From positions 1 to 45,441 of IMG/VR virus record IMGVR_UViG_3300037419_000703: a stretch of 45,441 nt of DNA; one strand, 5' to 3'. Both the position numbers and the translations under genes were made by a program. The stretch's first letter is position 1, and each line of letters opens with the position of its first letter. This DNA comes from a virus. Taxonomy: Duplodnaviria > Caudoviricetes. The notes beneath the pieces were generated by a model that did not search any database, was not told where the DNA came from, and saw nothing but the letters and a program-made list of their open reading frames with translations. Shown here in pieces: positions 17,660 through 27,371 of this stretch.

Positions 17660-17931
17660 CCGTACAAGAATTCGATGATTTCGTCGCCAAGCTGTGGGCT
17701 CACGATTGGTACTACATGATGTCGGACGACATTACCGCCCGCAAGGCTGGCAGTGATGCCCGGCTGGCCCTGACCAAACAAATCAGGGGGAATCCGATTC
17801 TGCTGGAAGCCTTCCGTGCCGTGTCCTACACCTACCCCATGCCCCACTCATCGATCACTATGTCGGTGGGGGCTGCAAAAGCCCGGCTGGCTGAACTGCG
17901 TGCAGAACTTACCGAAGGAGAGACAGCATGA
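17656..17931 (+). CDS. hypothetical phage protein
   Basis: L..HDWYY.MSDD motif. Confidence 0.65.
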   Translation: MTVQEFDDFVAKLWAHDWYYMMSDDITARKAGSDARLALTKQIRGNPILLEAFRAVSYTYPMPHSSITMSVGAAKARLAELRAELTEGETA

Positions 17932-18173
17932 TGACAACCCGCGAAGCTGTACAAGATTTAGGAGTTCAAGTCAGAGCAGCACAAATCGTGATCGCCAATG
18001 GCCCTATTGCCGTCGCAACTGATGCGGAAGCGCAACAGGTTGTCGATTACGCCAAGGGATTTGTGGAGGGTGTCGCTCTCCTAGCAGCCCTTATGTGCGA
18101 AACTATCCCTTCGGAAACTAAACGCCGTAAGTTCTTGGAGGATTGCGGTTTTGACGGTGAACAAGAGGTTTGA
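17928..18173 (+). CDS. hypothetical protein
   Basis: AAGGAG RBS; overlap. Confidence 0.6.
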   Translation: MMTTREAVQDLGVQVRAAQIVIANGPIAVATDAEAQQVVDYAKGFVEGVALLAALMCETIPSETKRRKFLEDCGFDGEQEV

Positions 18174-18197
18174 CTCATTTTCATTTAGGAGAAGTGC

Positions 18198-18521
18198 ATG
18201 GTCTACGTGCTTTATGTGTGGCAGTTCATCAGTGCGTTTTCGTTCGGCGTGCTGTGCATCCTGTTGTACCAGTACAAGCGGGGAGGGCTGCGGTTCCTCA
18301 AATCCAAGTCGGATGAAGTGAATTACGAGGGCTTGCTCAAGGCGTACATGCTGCACACGGAGTTGAATGGCCCAGCTATCAAGAATGGCCAACCGCCGAA
18401 AGTGGAAGTATATATCTCCGCTTCGCAGGCTTCGGAATTGGCCCGCCTGATGCGTGAGGTGCGTTCCCGAATCCAGGCAGAGCCCCAACATCCACGCTCC
18501 ACGGTAATGCGATATCACTGA
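18198..18521 (+). CDS. membrane-anchored hypothetical protein
   Basis: AGGAG RBS; N-terminal hydrophobic helix. Confidence 0.6.
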   Translation: MVYVLYVWQFISAFSFGVLCILLYQYKRGGLRFLKSKSDEVNYEGLLKAYMLHTELNGPAIKNGQPPKVEVYISASQASELARLMREVRSRIQAEPQHPRSTVMRYH

Positions 18522-18553
18522 CACCGATCTACCACAAAAAGGTATAGCCCTAT

Positions 18554-18582
18554 TTGACAACCCTCAATTAGTGCCGTACCTT
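18554..18582 (+). promoter_or_regulatory. sigma70-type promoter
   Basis: TTGACA-17-TACCTT. Confidence 0.65.
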
Positions 18583-18604
18583 TGTTTTACTTCAAGGAGT
18601 GAAA

Positions 18605-18790
18605 ATGGACTTTCTGCTTTATATCTCGCTTGGTAACGAAGAAATGCAAACCCCCGATCAACTGGCGGCACTGCTGCGCAGAGTGGCCGCAAAGCTGGAT
18701 GAGGGTGTAATCCCCTTCAATACCGGGTCGATCAACCTGACCGACGCCAACGGCAACACGGTTGGTTTCTGCAACTTCAAGGACAAATAA
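18605..18790 (+). CDS. hypothetical protein
   Basis: Hairpin RBS; D.NGNTVG motif common in small phage proteins. Confidence 0.65.
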   Translation: MDFLLYISLGNEEMQTPDQLAALLRRVAAKLDEGVIPFNTGSINLTDANGNTVGFCNFKDK

Positions 18791-18792
18791 TA

Positions 18793-18975
18793 ATGGCTAC
18801 CAAAATCAAACCTTGCACAGTGGGGAAGCGCCATACGTGGGAGTGGGTGAAGGACACCACAACCCAAAGCCTTCAGTCTGGACTCAGTGGCGCTCGCATG
18901 AGCATTGCCCGGCGCGGCATCTATAAGTGCGCTTGTGGTGAGCGCAAGTATGGTGACCCAAGGAGTGGACTGTGA
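18793..18975 (+). CDS. small Cys-containing protein
   Basis: C....H.W ... CxCG. Confidence 0.6.
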   Translation: MATKIKPCTVGKRHTWEWVKDTTTQSLQSGLSGARMSIARRGIYKCACGERKYGDPRSGL

Positions 18976-19184
18976 GTAAAGACACTAAGAAGCATCGCTT
19001 CGGGGCCTTCCTCCGTCTGTATGGCCCCCGAGGGAAGCACACTTACGCCAAACTGATATTGGCCCACGCACCACACCCGGATAGCCCGGAAGCCTTCTAC
19101 GATGAATTGGAGTTGGAACGCACCATGAAGGCAAATCACCACGCCGGGATGCGGGTGCAATTGCGGGTGAAGGCAATGCCGTAA
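18972..19184 (+). CDS. hypothetical protein
   Basis: AAGGAG RBS, GTGA overlap. Confidence 0.55.
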   Translation: MSKDTKKHRFGAFLRLYGPRGKHTYAKLILAHAPHPDSPEAFYDELELERTMKANHHAGMRVQLRVKAMP

Positions 19185-19362
19185 AGTGAAGTACCCAAGG
19201 AGTGGAAACCCCAATCTGCGCAATCAATTGCGCAAGAAGTTGCACCCTAATTAAGTTGTTGAACAAGGGTGTCGTTTTTACGCTATGTGATCCCAAAGAA
19301 ACAAAAAACAGGCGTAGAATCGTAATTCCCCAAAACAATTTCTCTTCTGAAAGACCATTCAC

Positions 19363-21261
19363 ATGGACCTTTACCAGCAAGTCATTGCCAAGTCCCGCTA
19401 TTGCCGGTTCATCGAAAGCGCCAATCGCCGTGAGCACTGGCCCGAAACCGTCAATCGCTATCTGGATTTCATGGCTGGACATCTGAAAGAAAAACACCAA
19501 TACGATTTACCTGATGATTTGCGCGAAGAGTTGTTCGCTGGTATCGTCGGCCTGAACACCATGCCGTCCATGCGAGCGGTTATGACTGCTGGTGAAGCAC
19601 TGAAGCGTGACAACACTGCCGGATACAACTGCTCCTACGTGCCGGTGGACGACCCCAAGGCTTTCGACGAAGCGATGTTCATCCTGCTGTGCGGCACGGG
19701 TGTGGGTTTCTCCGTGGAGCGCCAGCACATCAACAAACTGCCCGAAGTCCCCGACACCCTGGCCCCCAGCAACACCGTCATCCACGTGGCGGACAGCAAG
19801 GAAGGTTGGGCACGTGGCCTGCGCCAACTGGTGGCCCTGCTGTACAGTGGCGAAGTCCCGAAATGGGACACCTCCGTCGTCCGCAAGGCTGGCGCCCGCC
19901 TCAAGACGTTCGGGGGCCGTGCCAGTGGTCCGGAACCCCTGATCGAACTCTTCAACTTCGTGGTCGGCAAGTTCCAACAAGCGGTGGGACGCAAGCTGAA
20001 CAGCATTGAATGCCATGACATCATGTGCAAGATCGGTGACGTGGTGGTGGTTGGAGGCGTCCGCCGCAGCGCCATGATATCCCTGTCCAACCTGTCCGAC
20101 GACCGCATGAGGGAAGCCAAGTCCGGCCAGTGGTGGGCAACCGAAAGCCAACGGGCCCTGGCCAACAACTCCGTGTGCTATACCGAGAAGCCGGAAGTGG
20201 GCGCCTTCATGCGTGAGTGGCTGTCCCTGTACAACTCCAAGTCGGGTGAGCGCGGTATCTTCAACCGGGAAGCGTCGGTGAAGAAGGCGGCAGAAAATGG
20301 CCGTCGTGACCCCAACCACGAGTTCGGCACCAACCCGTGCAGCGAAATCATCCTGCGCCCCTACCAGTTCTGCAACCTGACCGAAGTGGTGGTCCGCGCC
20401 GATGATACGGTGCAAACCCTTTCGCAGAAAGTCCGCCTTGCCACGATTCTCGGCACCTTCCAATCCAGCCTGACCAACTTCCCCTACCTGCGCAAAGTGT
20501 GGCAGAAGAACACGGAAGAAGAACGCCTGTTGGGCGTGTCCATGACGGGCATCCTCGACAACACGATGATGTCCACGGTGGGCAACGAACTGAAGAACAC
20601 GCTGGAATACCTGCGGCTGGTGGCGGTGGAGACCAATGCTCTGTTTGCCGATGCCATTGGCGTGCCGCACTCTACTGCAATCACTTGCGTGAAGCCGTCC
20701 GGAACCGTGTCGCAACTGGTGGACAGTGCATCCGGCATCCACCCGCGCCACGACCACTACTACATCCGCCGCATCCGCCAAGACAAGAAGGACCCGATTA
20801 CGCAATTCATGATCGACCAAGGCGTGCCGTACGAAGCCTGCGCCATGAAGCCGGAAACCACCGTGATCTTCAGCTTCCCGCAGAAGGCCCCGGATGGATG
20901 CCGCACCCGCAACGATATCGGCCCTATCGAGCACCTTGAACTGTGGCTGGCCTACCAGCGTTATTGGTGCGAGCACAAGCCGTCGATCACGGTCTACGTC
21001 AAGGAGAAGGAATGGCCGACCGTGGGCGCCTGGGTGTGGGAACACTTCGATGAAATCTCCGGTGTGTCCTTCCTGCCGTACGACGGCGGCACCTACAAGC
21101 AAGCACCGTACGAAACCATCGACCAAGAAGCGTATGAAAAGATGTACGCCGAATCGGTCAAGTCCCTGAACTGGGGCATGATGGTGGAAGAGGAAGACGG
21201 CACCAAGGGATCGCAGGAATTGGCCTGTTCGGCTGGCGGTTGCGATTTGGTTTCGCTGTAA
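19363..21261 (+). CDS. nrdJ: class II (adenosylcobalamin-dependent) ribonucleotide reductase
   Basis: GYNCS, GTGVGFSVE, GGVRRSA, TNPCSEI, CVKPSGT, C-terminal CSAGGC; no NrdB gene nearby; uninterrupted. Confidence 0.92.
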   Translation: MDLYQQVIAKSRYCRFIESANRREHWPETVNRYLDFMAGHLKEKHQYDLPDDLREELFAGIVGLNTMPSMRAVMTAGEALKRDNTAGYNCSYVPVDDPKAFDEAMFILLCGTGVGFSVERQHINKLPEVPDTLAPSNTVIHVADSKEGWARGLRQLVALLYSGEVPKWDTSVVRKAGARLKTFGGRASGPEPLIELFNFVVGKFQQAVGRKLNSIECHDIMCKIGDVVVVGGVRRSAMISLSNLSDDRMREAKSGQWWATESQRALANNSVCYTEKPEVGAFMREWLSLYNSKSGERGIFNREASVKKAAENGRRDPNHEFGTNPCSEIILRPYQFCNLTEVVVRADDTVQTLSQKVRLATILGTFQSSLTNFPYLRKVWQKNTEEERLLGVSMTGILDNTMMSTVGNELKNTLEYLRLVAVETNALFADAIGVPHSTAITCVKPSGTVSQLVDSASGIHPRHDHYYIRRIRQDKKDPITQFMIDQGVPYEACAMKPETTVIFSFPQKAPDGCRTRNDIGPIEHLELWLAYQRYWCEHKPSITVYVKEKEWPTVGAWVWEHFDEISGVSFLPYDGGTYKQAPYETIDQEAYEKMYAESVKSLNWGMMVEEEDGTKGSQELACSAGGCDLVSL

Positions 21262-21270
21262 AAAATCACT

Positions 21271-21298
21271 TTGACAAACCCCACGGTTGTGCTATTAT
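21271..21298 (+). promoter_or_regulatory. sigma70-type promoter
   Basis: TTGACA-16-TATTAT with TG extended -10. Confidence 0.8.
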
Positions 21299-21350
21299 AG
21301 CTACGTGGGGTTTGTTTTTGTGATTGAAGTTTTTTCTCAAGGAGTGAGAT

Positions 21351-21827
21351 ATGGAAAACTTTCAAGACCTGATCAATTTCGCTGGCGGTATCGCCGTCAA
21401 CGGTCTCAATGCGGGTGACCTGGGCGCTGCTGGTGTGCGGGTGGCCATCGGTGGTTTCTTTGCAATCAGTGGCTACCACAAGCTGTTCAACGCTACGCGC
21501 CACGCCCACTTGGCCCAAACGATGGTCAACGACAAAATCCCGTTCCCGAAATTCAATGAATGGTGGGTGCCGGGCTGGGAGTTCCTGGGCGGTTTGATGG
21601 TGGCCTTTGGACTGTTTGCCCCGTTCGCCGCCGTGGTCCTGTCGATCATCTGTCTGGTGGCGTGTGCCTCGGAAGCCAAGAGTAAGGTGGACAGCTACCA
21701 CCCGATTGACACGGCAGACCGGATCGACGACTACCTGTACCTGCCCGAAGTCCTGTACCTCGTGAGCCTGTTCTATGTTGTGCTGGCGGGCGGCGGTAAG
21801 TACCGGCTGGATGCCCTGTTCTTCTAA
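21351..21827 (+). CDS. DoxX-family membrane protein
   Basis: RVAIG.FF..SG.HKL, E.LGGL....GL, G.G.Y.LD. Confidence 0.85.
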   Translation: MENFQDLINFAGGIAVNGLNAGDLGAAGVRVAIGGFFAISGYHKLFNATRHAHLAQTMVNDKIPFPKFNEWWVPGWEFLGGLMVAFGLFAPFAAVVLSIICLVACASEAKSKVDSYHPIDTADRIDDYLYLPEVLYLVSLFYVVLAGGGKYRLDALFF

Positions 21828-21835
21828 ACCCCACC

Positions 21836-21863
21836 CTGTAGCGCCTCTCCGGGGGCGCTGTGG
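21836..21863. terminator. GC-rich hairpin after DoxX gene
   Basis: CTGTAGCGCCTC-TCCG-GGGGCGCTGTGG; poor T tract. Confidence 0.45.
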
Positions 21864-21890
21864 AGTGTGGTTTAACTCAAGGAGAAAATC

Positions 21891-22118
21891 ATGGACTACC
21901 CGAAAGACACCCTAGGCTACCACCGTGCCATGTCGGCTGCGGTCTTTGGTGAAGAGTCAGCCGCCACCAAGTACCTCGACAAGAAAATTGCGGAATCGCC
22001 ACACGGTGCATACGAAAAAGTGGTGGCACCGGAATCCCAAGTTGTACTACTGCTGATGAATCTTCATGCGAAAGGACTGAAAAATGAACCCGATACTCCT
22101 GATGTCCCGACCGAGTGA
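21891..22118 (+). CDS. hypothetical protein
   Basis: AAGGAG RBS. Confidence 0.65.
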   Translation: MDYPKDTLGYHRAMSAAVFGEESAATKYLDKKIAESPHGAYEKVVAPESQVVLLLMNLHAKGLKNEPDTPDVPTE

Positions 22119-22253
22119 TAAAAAACCGAACGGCGCCTTCCTTTCGGAACAGATTTGTACGATTGGATTTGCCAAACTGAAAGCTGTTCAACGGATGTTT
22201 TTGCAGTTACTATGAGAACTAGCCTTAAAGATGCAACATAGTTCAAAATCCCT

Positions 22254-22281
22254 TTGACAAACTACTGAAGTGTGATACACT
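22254..22281 (+). promoter_or_regulatory. sigma70-type promoter
   Basis: TTGACA-16-TACACT with TG extended -10. Confidence 0.75.
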
Positions 22282-22355
22282 GGTTCTGTAGTGATGATTT
22301 TGAAGCGATTTTGGTGGTTTTTGTTGATTTCCAATCTATCTCAAGGAGTGAGGCC

Positions 22356-22721
22356 ATGGAAAATATCGCATACGAAGCTGGTCAACATGTCCGCCTGTAC
22401 ATGAACTTGTACAAAGCCGGATGGTTCCACCGTCTTGGCAAGCCTGGAACCGTTGACCTCCACCCCGGTGACTTCTACTTGAGCGCTGAAAAAGCCCAAG
22501 CTGACGTGGACCGTCCGGAACTGTATGTGGGCACTGTTGGCTTCGATTTCATCGTCCCTGAGGGCATGATGCTGGTGGAAAACGCTGCGGACAGCGAACC
22601 CGTTCCCCTGTCGGTGAGCCGTCGCCGTCACGTGGTGGAAATGAAAGCCAAAGGCATCGACATCACCAAGGAATTCGCCAACGCTGAGGTGGCTGCTGCG
22701 ATGTCCAAAGCCACTGTTTGA
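22356..22721 (+). CDS. hypothetical protein
   Basis: Hairpin RBS before ATG 22356. Confidence 0.7.
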   Translation: MENIAYEAGQHVRLYMNLYKAGWFHRLGKPGTVDLHPGDFYLSAEKAQADVDRPELYVGTVGFDFIVPEGMMLVENAADSEPVPLSVSRRRHVVEMKAKGIDITKEFANAEVAAAMSKATV

Positions 22722-22729
22722 GGAAGGTC

Positions 22730-22870
22730 ATGAATAAATTTTTGGAGTGGGTGGAGGCAGGAACCGGAATGAGCCTGCCGAAATTCATCCTGTTTTCGAT
22801 ATTCCAGGCGATGGGGCTGATGGCGGTCTTCGGCTCCTTGTGGTTCCTCGCCTTACTGCTGACCGCATGA
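22730..22870 (+). CDS. small membrane protein (46 aa)
   Basis: GAGGAAGG RBS; hydrophobic. Confidence 0.5.
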   Translation: MNKFLEWVEAGTGMSLPKFILFSIFQAMGLMAVFGSLWFLALLLTA

Positions 22871-22884
22871 CCAAGGAGTGAATC

Positions 22885-22980
22885 ATGTTTAAGACACTGT
22901 GTTCCATAGTGGGAGACGCAATCAAAAAACTCAAACTGACTGAGCAGGAATTGCTGACCTTAACCCCCGACTACCACTGA
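22885..22980 (+). CDS. 31-aa microprotein
   Basis: AAGGAG RBS correctly spaced. Confidence 0.45.
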   Translation: MFKTLCSIVGDAIKKLKLTEQELLTLTPDYH

Positions 22981-23023
22981 ACCCGCACGGGTTATCCGAC
23001 AACTACAACCAAAGGGATAATCA

Positions 23024-23224
23024 ATGCGAAACATTCAGTCTGAAGTGGTGGCCAGAAGGTTTGAGTCGATAGATGACATGATGGAATGGCTGAGGACTCC
23101 TGAAGCAATCCAATCCTTATTGGATGAGTACCCACCCGAATTGTATGAACATAACGTCTGTGTAAGTGACAGGCGTCCAAGTGTGGTGGCAAGGAAACGT
23201 GATTGCACCCCGACCTACCACTGA
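23024..23224 (+). CDS. hypothetical protein
   Basis: AAGGGA RBS. Confidence 0.5.
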   Translation: MRNIQSEVVARRFESIDDMMEWLRTPEAIQSLLDEYPPELYEHNVCVSDRRPSVVARKRDCTPTYH

Positions 23225-23256
23225 TTGCGCAATTGATTGCGTAAGGAGTTTATTCC

Positions 23257-23907
23257 ATGCCGAAACAGTTAGAAAATGGTGTCCTGATCCTGTCCAAAGC
23301 TGTGCACGATCCTGACTTGTTCATGAAAGACCTGATGGAACTCGCGTGGATTCGCCATGAAAAGGTGCCCCGCTGTGAGTATTACTACAATCTTGATGGC
23401 CTGCCGTACAGCTATGGGAAACCAGAGTACGCAAGGACCTACGAGAGTCAACCCCATGACGCGGTGTCTCTGAAACTCCTGCATAGAATTGCTGAGCAAG
23501 TCGCTCACACTCAGTACGATACGTGCTTCCTGAACCGTTACCTTGACCACTCGGACTCGCTCCAGTGGCACTCGGATAACTCCCCCGAAATGGATGACGA
23601 GAAGCCGATTGTCATTCTGACGCTGGGGCAAGAACGTGAAATCTGGTTCCGCAAGATTCCCGGTGAGGAAAAATGCGTGGCCTGCAATGGCACTGGTATC
23701 TACGACAGTGAATACCAACCCCCCTGTTGGGCGTGCAAGGGCACCGGCAAGTCCGAGCCTGAGGCAGTGACTAAGGTTATCCTCCCCCATGGGAGCGCCT
23801 GCATCATGCCCCCTGGCTTCCAAGATACCCATCAGCACCGCATCCCCAAGGGTGGGCATTGCATGGGTGGACGAATCAGCCTTACCTATCGCGGATACGT
23901 TCGATAA
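23257..23907 (+). CDS. AlkB-family 2OG-Fe(II) dioxygenase with inserted CxxCxGxG zinc finger
   Basis: LNRY, WHSD, HRIPK, RISLTYR; insert CVACNGTG...CWACKGTG. Confidence 0.88.
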   Translation: MPKQLENGVLILSKAVHDPDLFMKDLMELAWIRHEKVPRCEYYYNLDGLPYSYGKPEYARTYESQPHDAVSLKLLHRIAEQVAHTQYDTCFLNRYLDHSDSLQWHSDNSPEMDDEKPIVILTLGQEREIWFRKIPGEEKCVACNGTGIYDSEYQPPCWACKGTGKSEPEAVTKVILPHGSACIMPPGFQDTHQHRIPKGGHCMGGRISLTYRGYVR

Positions 23908-23925
23908 TCCAGACTAACAACACCT

Positions 23926-23954
23926 AGGCCACCTTCGGGTGGCTTTTTTCTTTT
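23926..23954 (+). terminator. rho-independent terminator
   Basis: AGGCCACC-TTCG-GGTGGCTT plus long T tract. Confidence 0.9.
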
Positions 23955-24201
23955 CAGAACCTTCCTTCCAGCAATATTTTAGGTACAATGAACTCCTTCG
24001 CTGGCCGTGCAATTGATTGCGCAGCCGTCAAATTCAAGGAGTGTACCCATGCTTTTGTCGATTTCTGCATTGCCTCGTCCGCCATGTCGGGGCTGGTCGT
24101 AGTTCTTCCCTGAGTGGACCATTTATAACGTGAACTAACACGGACCCGTGTTTTTGGGGTAGGATCGCCGCAAGTCATTCGACAATGCAATTGGATCAAT
24201 C

Positions 24202-24822
24202 ATGGCACTTAACATAAACATTCCAGCGGCGGAGCCCGCTGAGGAAATCGTTCAAGAACTGGTAGACGATTCCCAACAGGTAAAGACTTCCACCGGCTCG
24301 CCGTATTGGGTGCAGGCGAAGCTGAAGTATTTCCATGAAAACCTGAAAGAAGGGTGCATGGAACCGTACACGCTCAAGAAACTGTCGGAAGACATGGGCT
24401 TGAACTACGGAAGCCTGCGCCAGATTTCTTGGTCGGAAGGCTGGAACAAGGAATTGGAGGAAATGCGGGTCAAGAAGACGGAAGCCCTGATGAATCGCAT
24501 CATGGAAATGCAAGTCCTGTCGGAAATGGACATCCGCCTCCGTCAAGCCCACGTGGCCCGTGTCGCCCAAGCGAAAGCCCTGGAACACCTCCAGCATATC
24601 GACCCCAAGAAGATGAAGACCTCCGACGCAATCTCCCTGCTGCAACTTGGCATGCAAGAGGAGCGCAAGGCGTTGGGCATGGCGGCGGTCCCCACCGAAA
24701 GCCCGCAAGACAAACAGCAGAAAGAAGCGGCATCCACGAAGAAGAACGTGATGGAAGATGCCCTGAAGCTGATCGACAACATCAAGTCGAAACAGGCAGG
24801 GGGAAACAATGTCGTCAATTGA
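24202..24822 (+). CDS. putative terminase small subunit
   Basis: N-terminal HTH-like segment (TLKKLSEDMGLNYGSLRQ...EGW), helical, overlaps terL. Confidence 0.7.
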   Translation: MALNINIPAAEPAEEIVQELVDDSQQVKTSTGSPYWVQAKLKYFHENLKEGCMEPYTLKKLSEDMGLNYGSLRQISWSEGWNKELEEMRVKKTEALMNRIMEMQVLSEMDIRLRQAHVARVAQAKALEHLQHIDPKKMKTSDAISLLQLGMQEERKALGMAAVPTESPQDKQQKEAASTKKNVMEDALKLIDNIKSKQAGGNNVVN

Positions 24823-26749
24823 AGCCAAGTTTGAGGCTGAAGTCCGGGGTTTTCTTCGGAGCAACCTCGACTGGGCCGTGGCGGATCAACTGTGGGACTT
24901 GGGTCAATCCATCCCCAGCGAAGACGAGCGGGTGACGTTCTATCACGACATCCTCAAGGACATTGCCGCCAAGCTGGAAGGCACGCAATCAAGTGCACTG
25001 AAAGACCGGGACATCTACAAGTGGAAGCCCGTTGGCATCCGTGAGTTCATTGAGTCAGAGAAATTCCTCAACAAGCCCAACTCCGTCTACCCCCGCATCA
25101 TGGACGAGTTGGAGGAAATCAACAACGGCGAGTACATCGAAGTCGTGTTTACCGGGGGCATTGGCTCTGGCAAGACGACTTCAGCCCTGTACACCACCGC
25201 GTATCAGTTGTACCTGCTGTCCTGTCTCAAGAGCCCCCACAAGCTGTTTGGACTGGACTCGTCGTCGGAGATTCTGTTCATCTTCCAATCCCTGAATGCA
25301 GCGCTGGCCAAGGGGGTGGACTACAACCGCTTCCGCGACATGGTGGAAGGCAGTCCGTACTTCCGATCCAAATTCATGTTCGACAAGAACATGGAGTCCA
25401 AGCTCGTCTTTCCCAACCGCATCGAAGTTCATCCGGTTTCAGGGAAGGAGACTGCCGCCATCGGCCAGAACGTCATCGGCGGCATCATCGACGAGTTGAA
25501 CTACATGGCCGTCACCAGCAAGTCCAAGCAATCGGTGGACGCTGGCACGTATGACCAAGCGGTGGCCCTGTACAACTCCATCGCCCGGCGCCGGAAATCC
25601 CGCTTCATGTCGGGCGGCAAGATGCCGGGCATCCTGTGTCTGGTCTCGTCCAAGAAGTACCCCGGCCAGTTCACGGACACGAAAGAAGACGAACAGAAGC
25701 GCGAGATCGCCCGAACGGGCAAGTCCACGATCTACATCTACGACCGCCGCGTGTGGGACGTGAAGCCGGAACAGTTCGCGGAGAAGGGATTCTTCAACGT
25801 CTTCGCGGGTGACCTTGCGAGAAAGCCCCGCATCCTGAAGGCAGACGAGACCGTGGATGACGCTGACCGCCACTTGGTGGTGGCCGTCCCCATGGACTTC
25901 TACGAAGACTTTGAGAAGGACATCATCAACGCCCTGCGCGAGATTGCCGGTATCTCCACCCTTGCCCGTCACCCCTACTTCGTTGAGGTGCATCACCTGG
26001 ACCGGGCCTTCAAGCGCCACAACTCCATCTTCAACTGTGAGCGGACGGACTTCGTGTCCAACAAGATCGGGCTGCGCAAGGGGGAATTTTACCGCCCGGA
26101 GTTGCCCCGCTTCGTGCACGTTGACTTGGCACTGACGGGCGACAGCGCCGGGCTGGCGATTGGCACGGTGGTGGGATTTCAACCGGAAACCTCCGACCCT
26201 GACGGCGCGGTGATGCCGATCATCCGGATTGATGGCGTGCTGGAGATCGCCCCACCCAAGAACGCGGAAATCCAATTCTGGAAGGTGCGGGAACTGATCA
26301 TCGCCCTGCGCAAGCATGGTCTCAACGTCCGGTGGGTGACATTTGACTCTTTCCAGTCCAAGGACAGCCAGCAGATTTTGCGCCAGCAAGGCTTCATCGT
26401 GGGCGAGCAATCCATGGACATCAACAACAAGCCATACGACTACACCAAGTCAGCCGTGTACGCGGCCCGCCTGATGATGCCTGAGCACGCCAAGTGCCGC
26501 CTTGAAATGGTGGCGTTGGAGCGGGACACGAAGTCCGGCAAGATCGACCACCCGCCCAATCTGTCGAAAGACTGTTCAGATGCCGTGGCAGGGGTAGTGT
26601 ATGGCTTGACCCAGCGCCGTGAAGTGTGGGGCATGTATAAGATTCCTCTGGTCAAGATTCCATCGTCGATCCAATCCACGAAGCTGGAGGACAAGAACCA
26701 GAAACTTGCCGGTGCGGACCACACGCATGAGACCGGAATTGCCGCATAA
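24809..26749 (+). CDS. terL: terminase large subunit
   Basis: Walker A GGIGSGKT, Walker B IIDE, nuclease VHVDLA, TFDSFQS, KIDHP..SKD.SDA. Confidence 0.9.
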   Translation: MSSIEAKFEAEVRGFLRSNLDWAVADQLWDLGQSIPSEDERVTFYHDILKDIAAKLEGTQSSALKDRDIYKWKPVGIREFIESEKFLNKPNSVYPRIMDELEEINNGEYIEVVFTGGIGSGKTTSALYTTAYQLYLLSCLKSPHKLFGLDSSSEILFIFQSLNAALAKGVDYNRFRDMVEGSPYFRSKFMFDKNMESKLVFPNRIEVHPVSGKETAAIGQNVIGGIIDELNYMAVTSKSKQSVDAGTYDQAVALYNSIARRRKSRFMSGGKMPGILCLVSSKKYPGQFTDTKEDEQKREIARTGKSTIYIYDRRVWDVKPEQFAEKGFFNVFAGDLARKPRILKADETVDDADRHLVVAVPMDFYEDFEKDIINALREIAGISTLARHPYFVEVHHLDRAFKRHNSIFNCERTDFVSNKIGLRKGEFYRPELPRFVHVDLALTGDSAGLAIGTVVGFQPETSDPDGAVMPIIRIDGVLEIAPPKNAEIQFWKVRELIIALRKHGLNVRWVTFDSFQSKDSQQILRQQGFIVGEQSMDINNKPYDYTKSAVYAARLMMPEHAKCRLEMVALERDTKSGKIDHPPNLSKDCSDAVAGVVYGLTQRREVWGMYKIPLVKIPSSIQSTKLEDKNQKLAGADHTHETGIAA

Positions 26750-26791
26750 GAGTGTTGCGCGTCTGAGACACACAAAATGTTCAAATTCTAT

Positions 26792-26820
26792 TTGACAAAC
26801 CAAAAAAGGGAGCCTAGAAT
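26792..26820 (+). promoter_or_regulatory. sigma70-type promoter
   Basis: TTGACA-17-TAGAAT. Confidence 0.85.
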
Positions 26821-26861
26821 AGCTCTTGTGGTGAGTAGAAATTGATAAAAAGGAGGCCGGA

Positions 26862-26987
26862 ATGAAGAAATATCTGTCGATTGCCAAAGAGATTGCCATG
26901 GCCGGGTCTTTGCTGATGCTGACGGCACGTGTGGCGTGCATAACGGGTGTTCTCGCGGCCACCGGATACTGGTGTGCGTTCAACTGA
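26862..26987 (+). CDS. 41-aa hydrophobic microprotein
   Basis: AAGGAGG RBS after promoter. Confidence 0.55.
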   Translation: MKKYLSIAKEIAMAGSLLMLTARVACITGVLAATGYWCAFN

Positions 26988-27179
26988 CAAAGGGAGGCTG
27001 CTATGCGTAAATAACGTTAGCCCCCACAACTGGGGATGAGTTAAGTGAGATAAGACGAAATAGGCAAGGGCTATGCTTACACCGGGGACTAGCCCCCCGC
27101 ATTGACCGGAATGTGAGTAGGGTGACGGGGATTCCCAGCAATTAAATTCCCCATTTCAAACCAAACCAAGGAGTGTAAA

Positions 27180-27296
27180 ATGGCAACTACGAAAACCGCA
27201 AAAACCCTCGCCGCCAAGCCGGTCGCAACCAAAAAGACCGCAGCAAAGCCGGTGGCAACCAAAACCACAGCACCGAAAGCCAGCCAACCGCGCTAA
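27180..27296 (+). CDS. 38-aa Lys/Ala/Thr-rich histone-H1-like peptide
   Basis: AAGGAG RBS; AAKPVATK repeated twice. Confidence 0.6.
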   Translation: MATTKTAKTLAAKPVATKKTAAKPVATKTTAPKASQPR

Positions 27297-27371
27297 GCGC
27301 CCAAGGCTGAAAGCGGTGAGCGGGGCCGCTTTAAATAACCCCGCACCAACATCGAATTCAAGGAGTGAACG

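Noticed and set aside
19202-19486. 94-aa + strand ORF overlapping the nrdJ start
   Set aside because: Begins inside the RBS motif, crosses the palindromic site and AT-rich upstream region, and overlaps nrdJ out of frame
19363-26749. Introns or inteins in nrdJ or terL
   Set aside because: Both ORFs are continuous, of ordinary length, with no intein splice motifs seen
27030-27062. Hammerhead-like GATGAG...CGAAA
   Set aside because: The CUGAUGA core is broken (GGGATGA) and stem II pairs poorly
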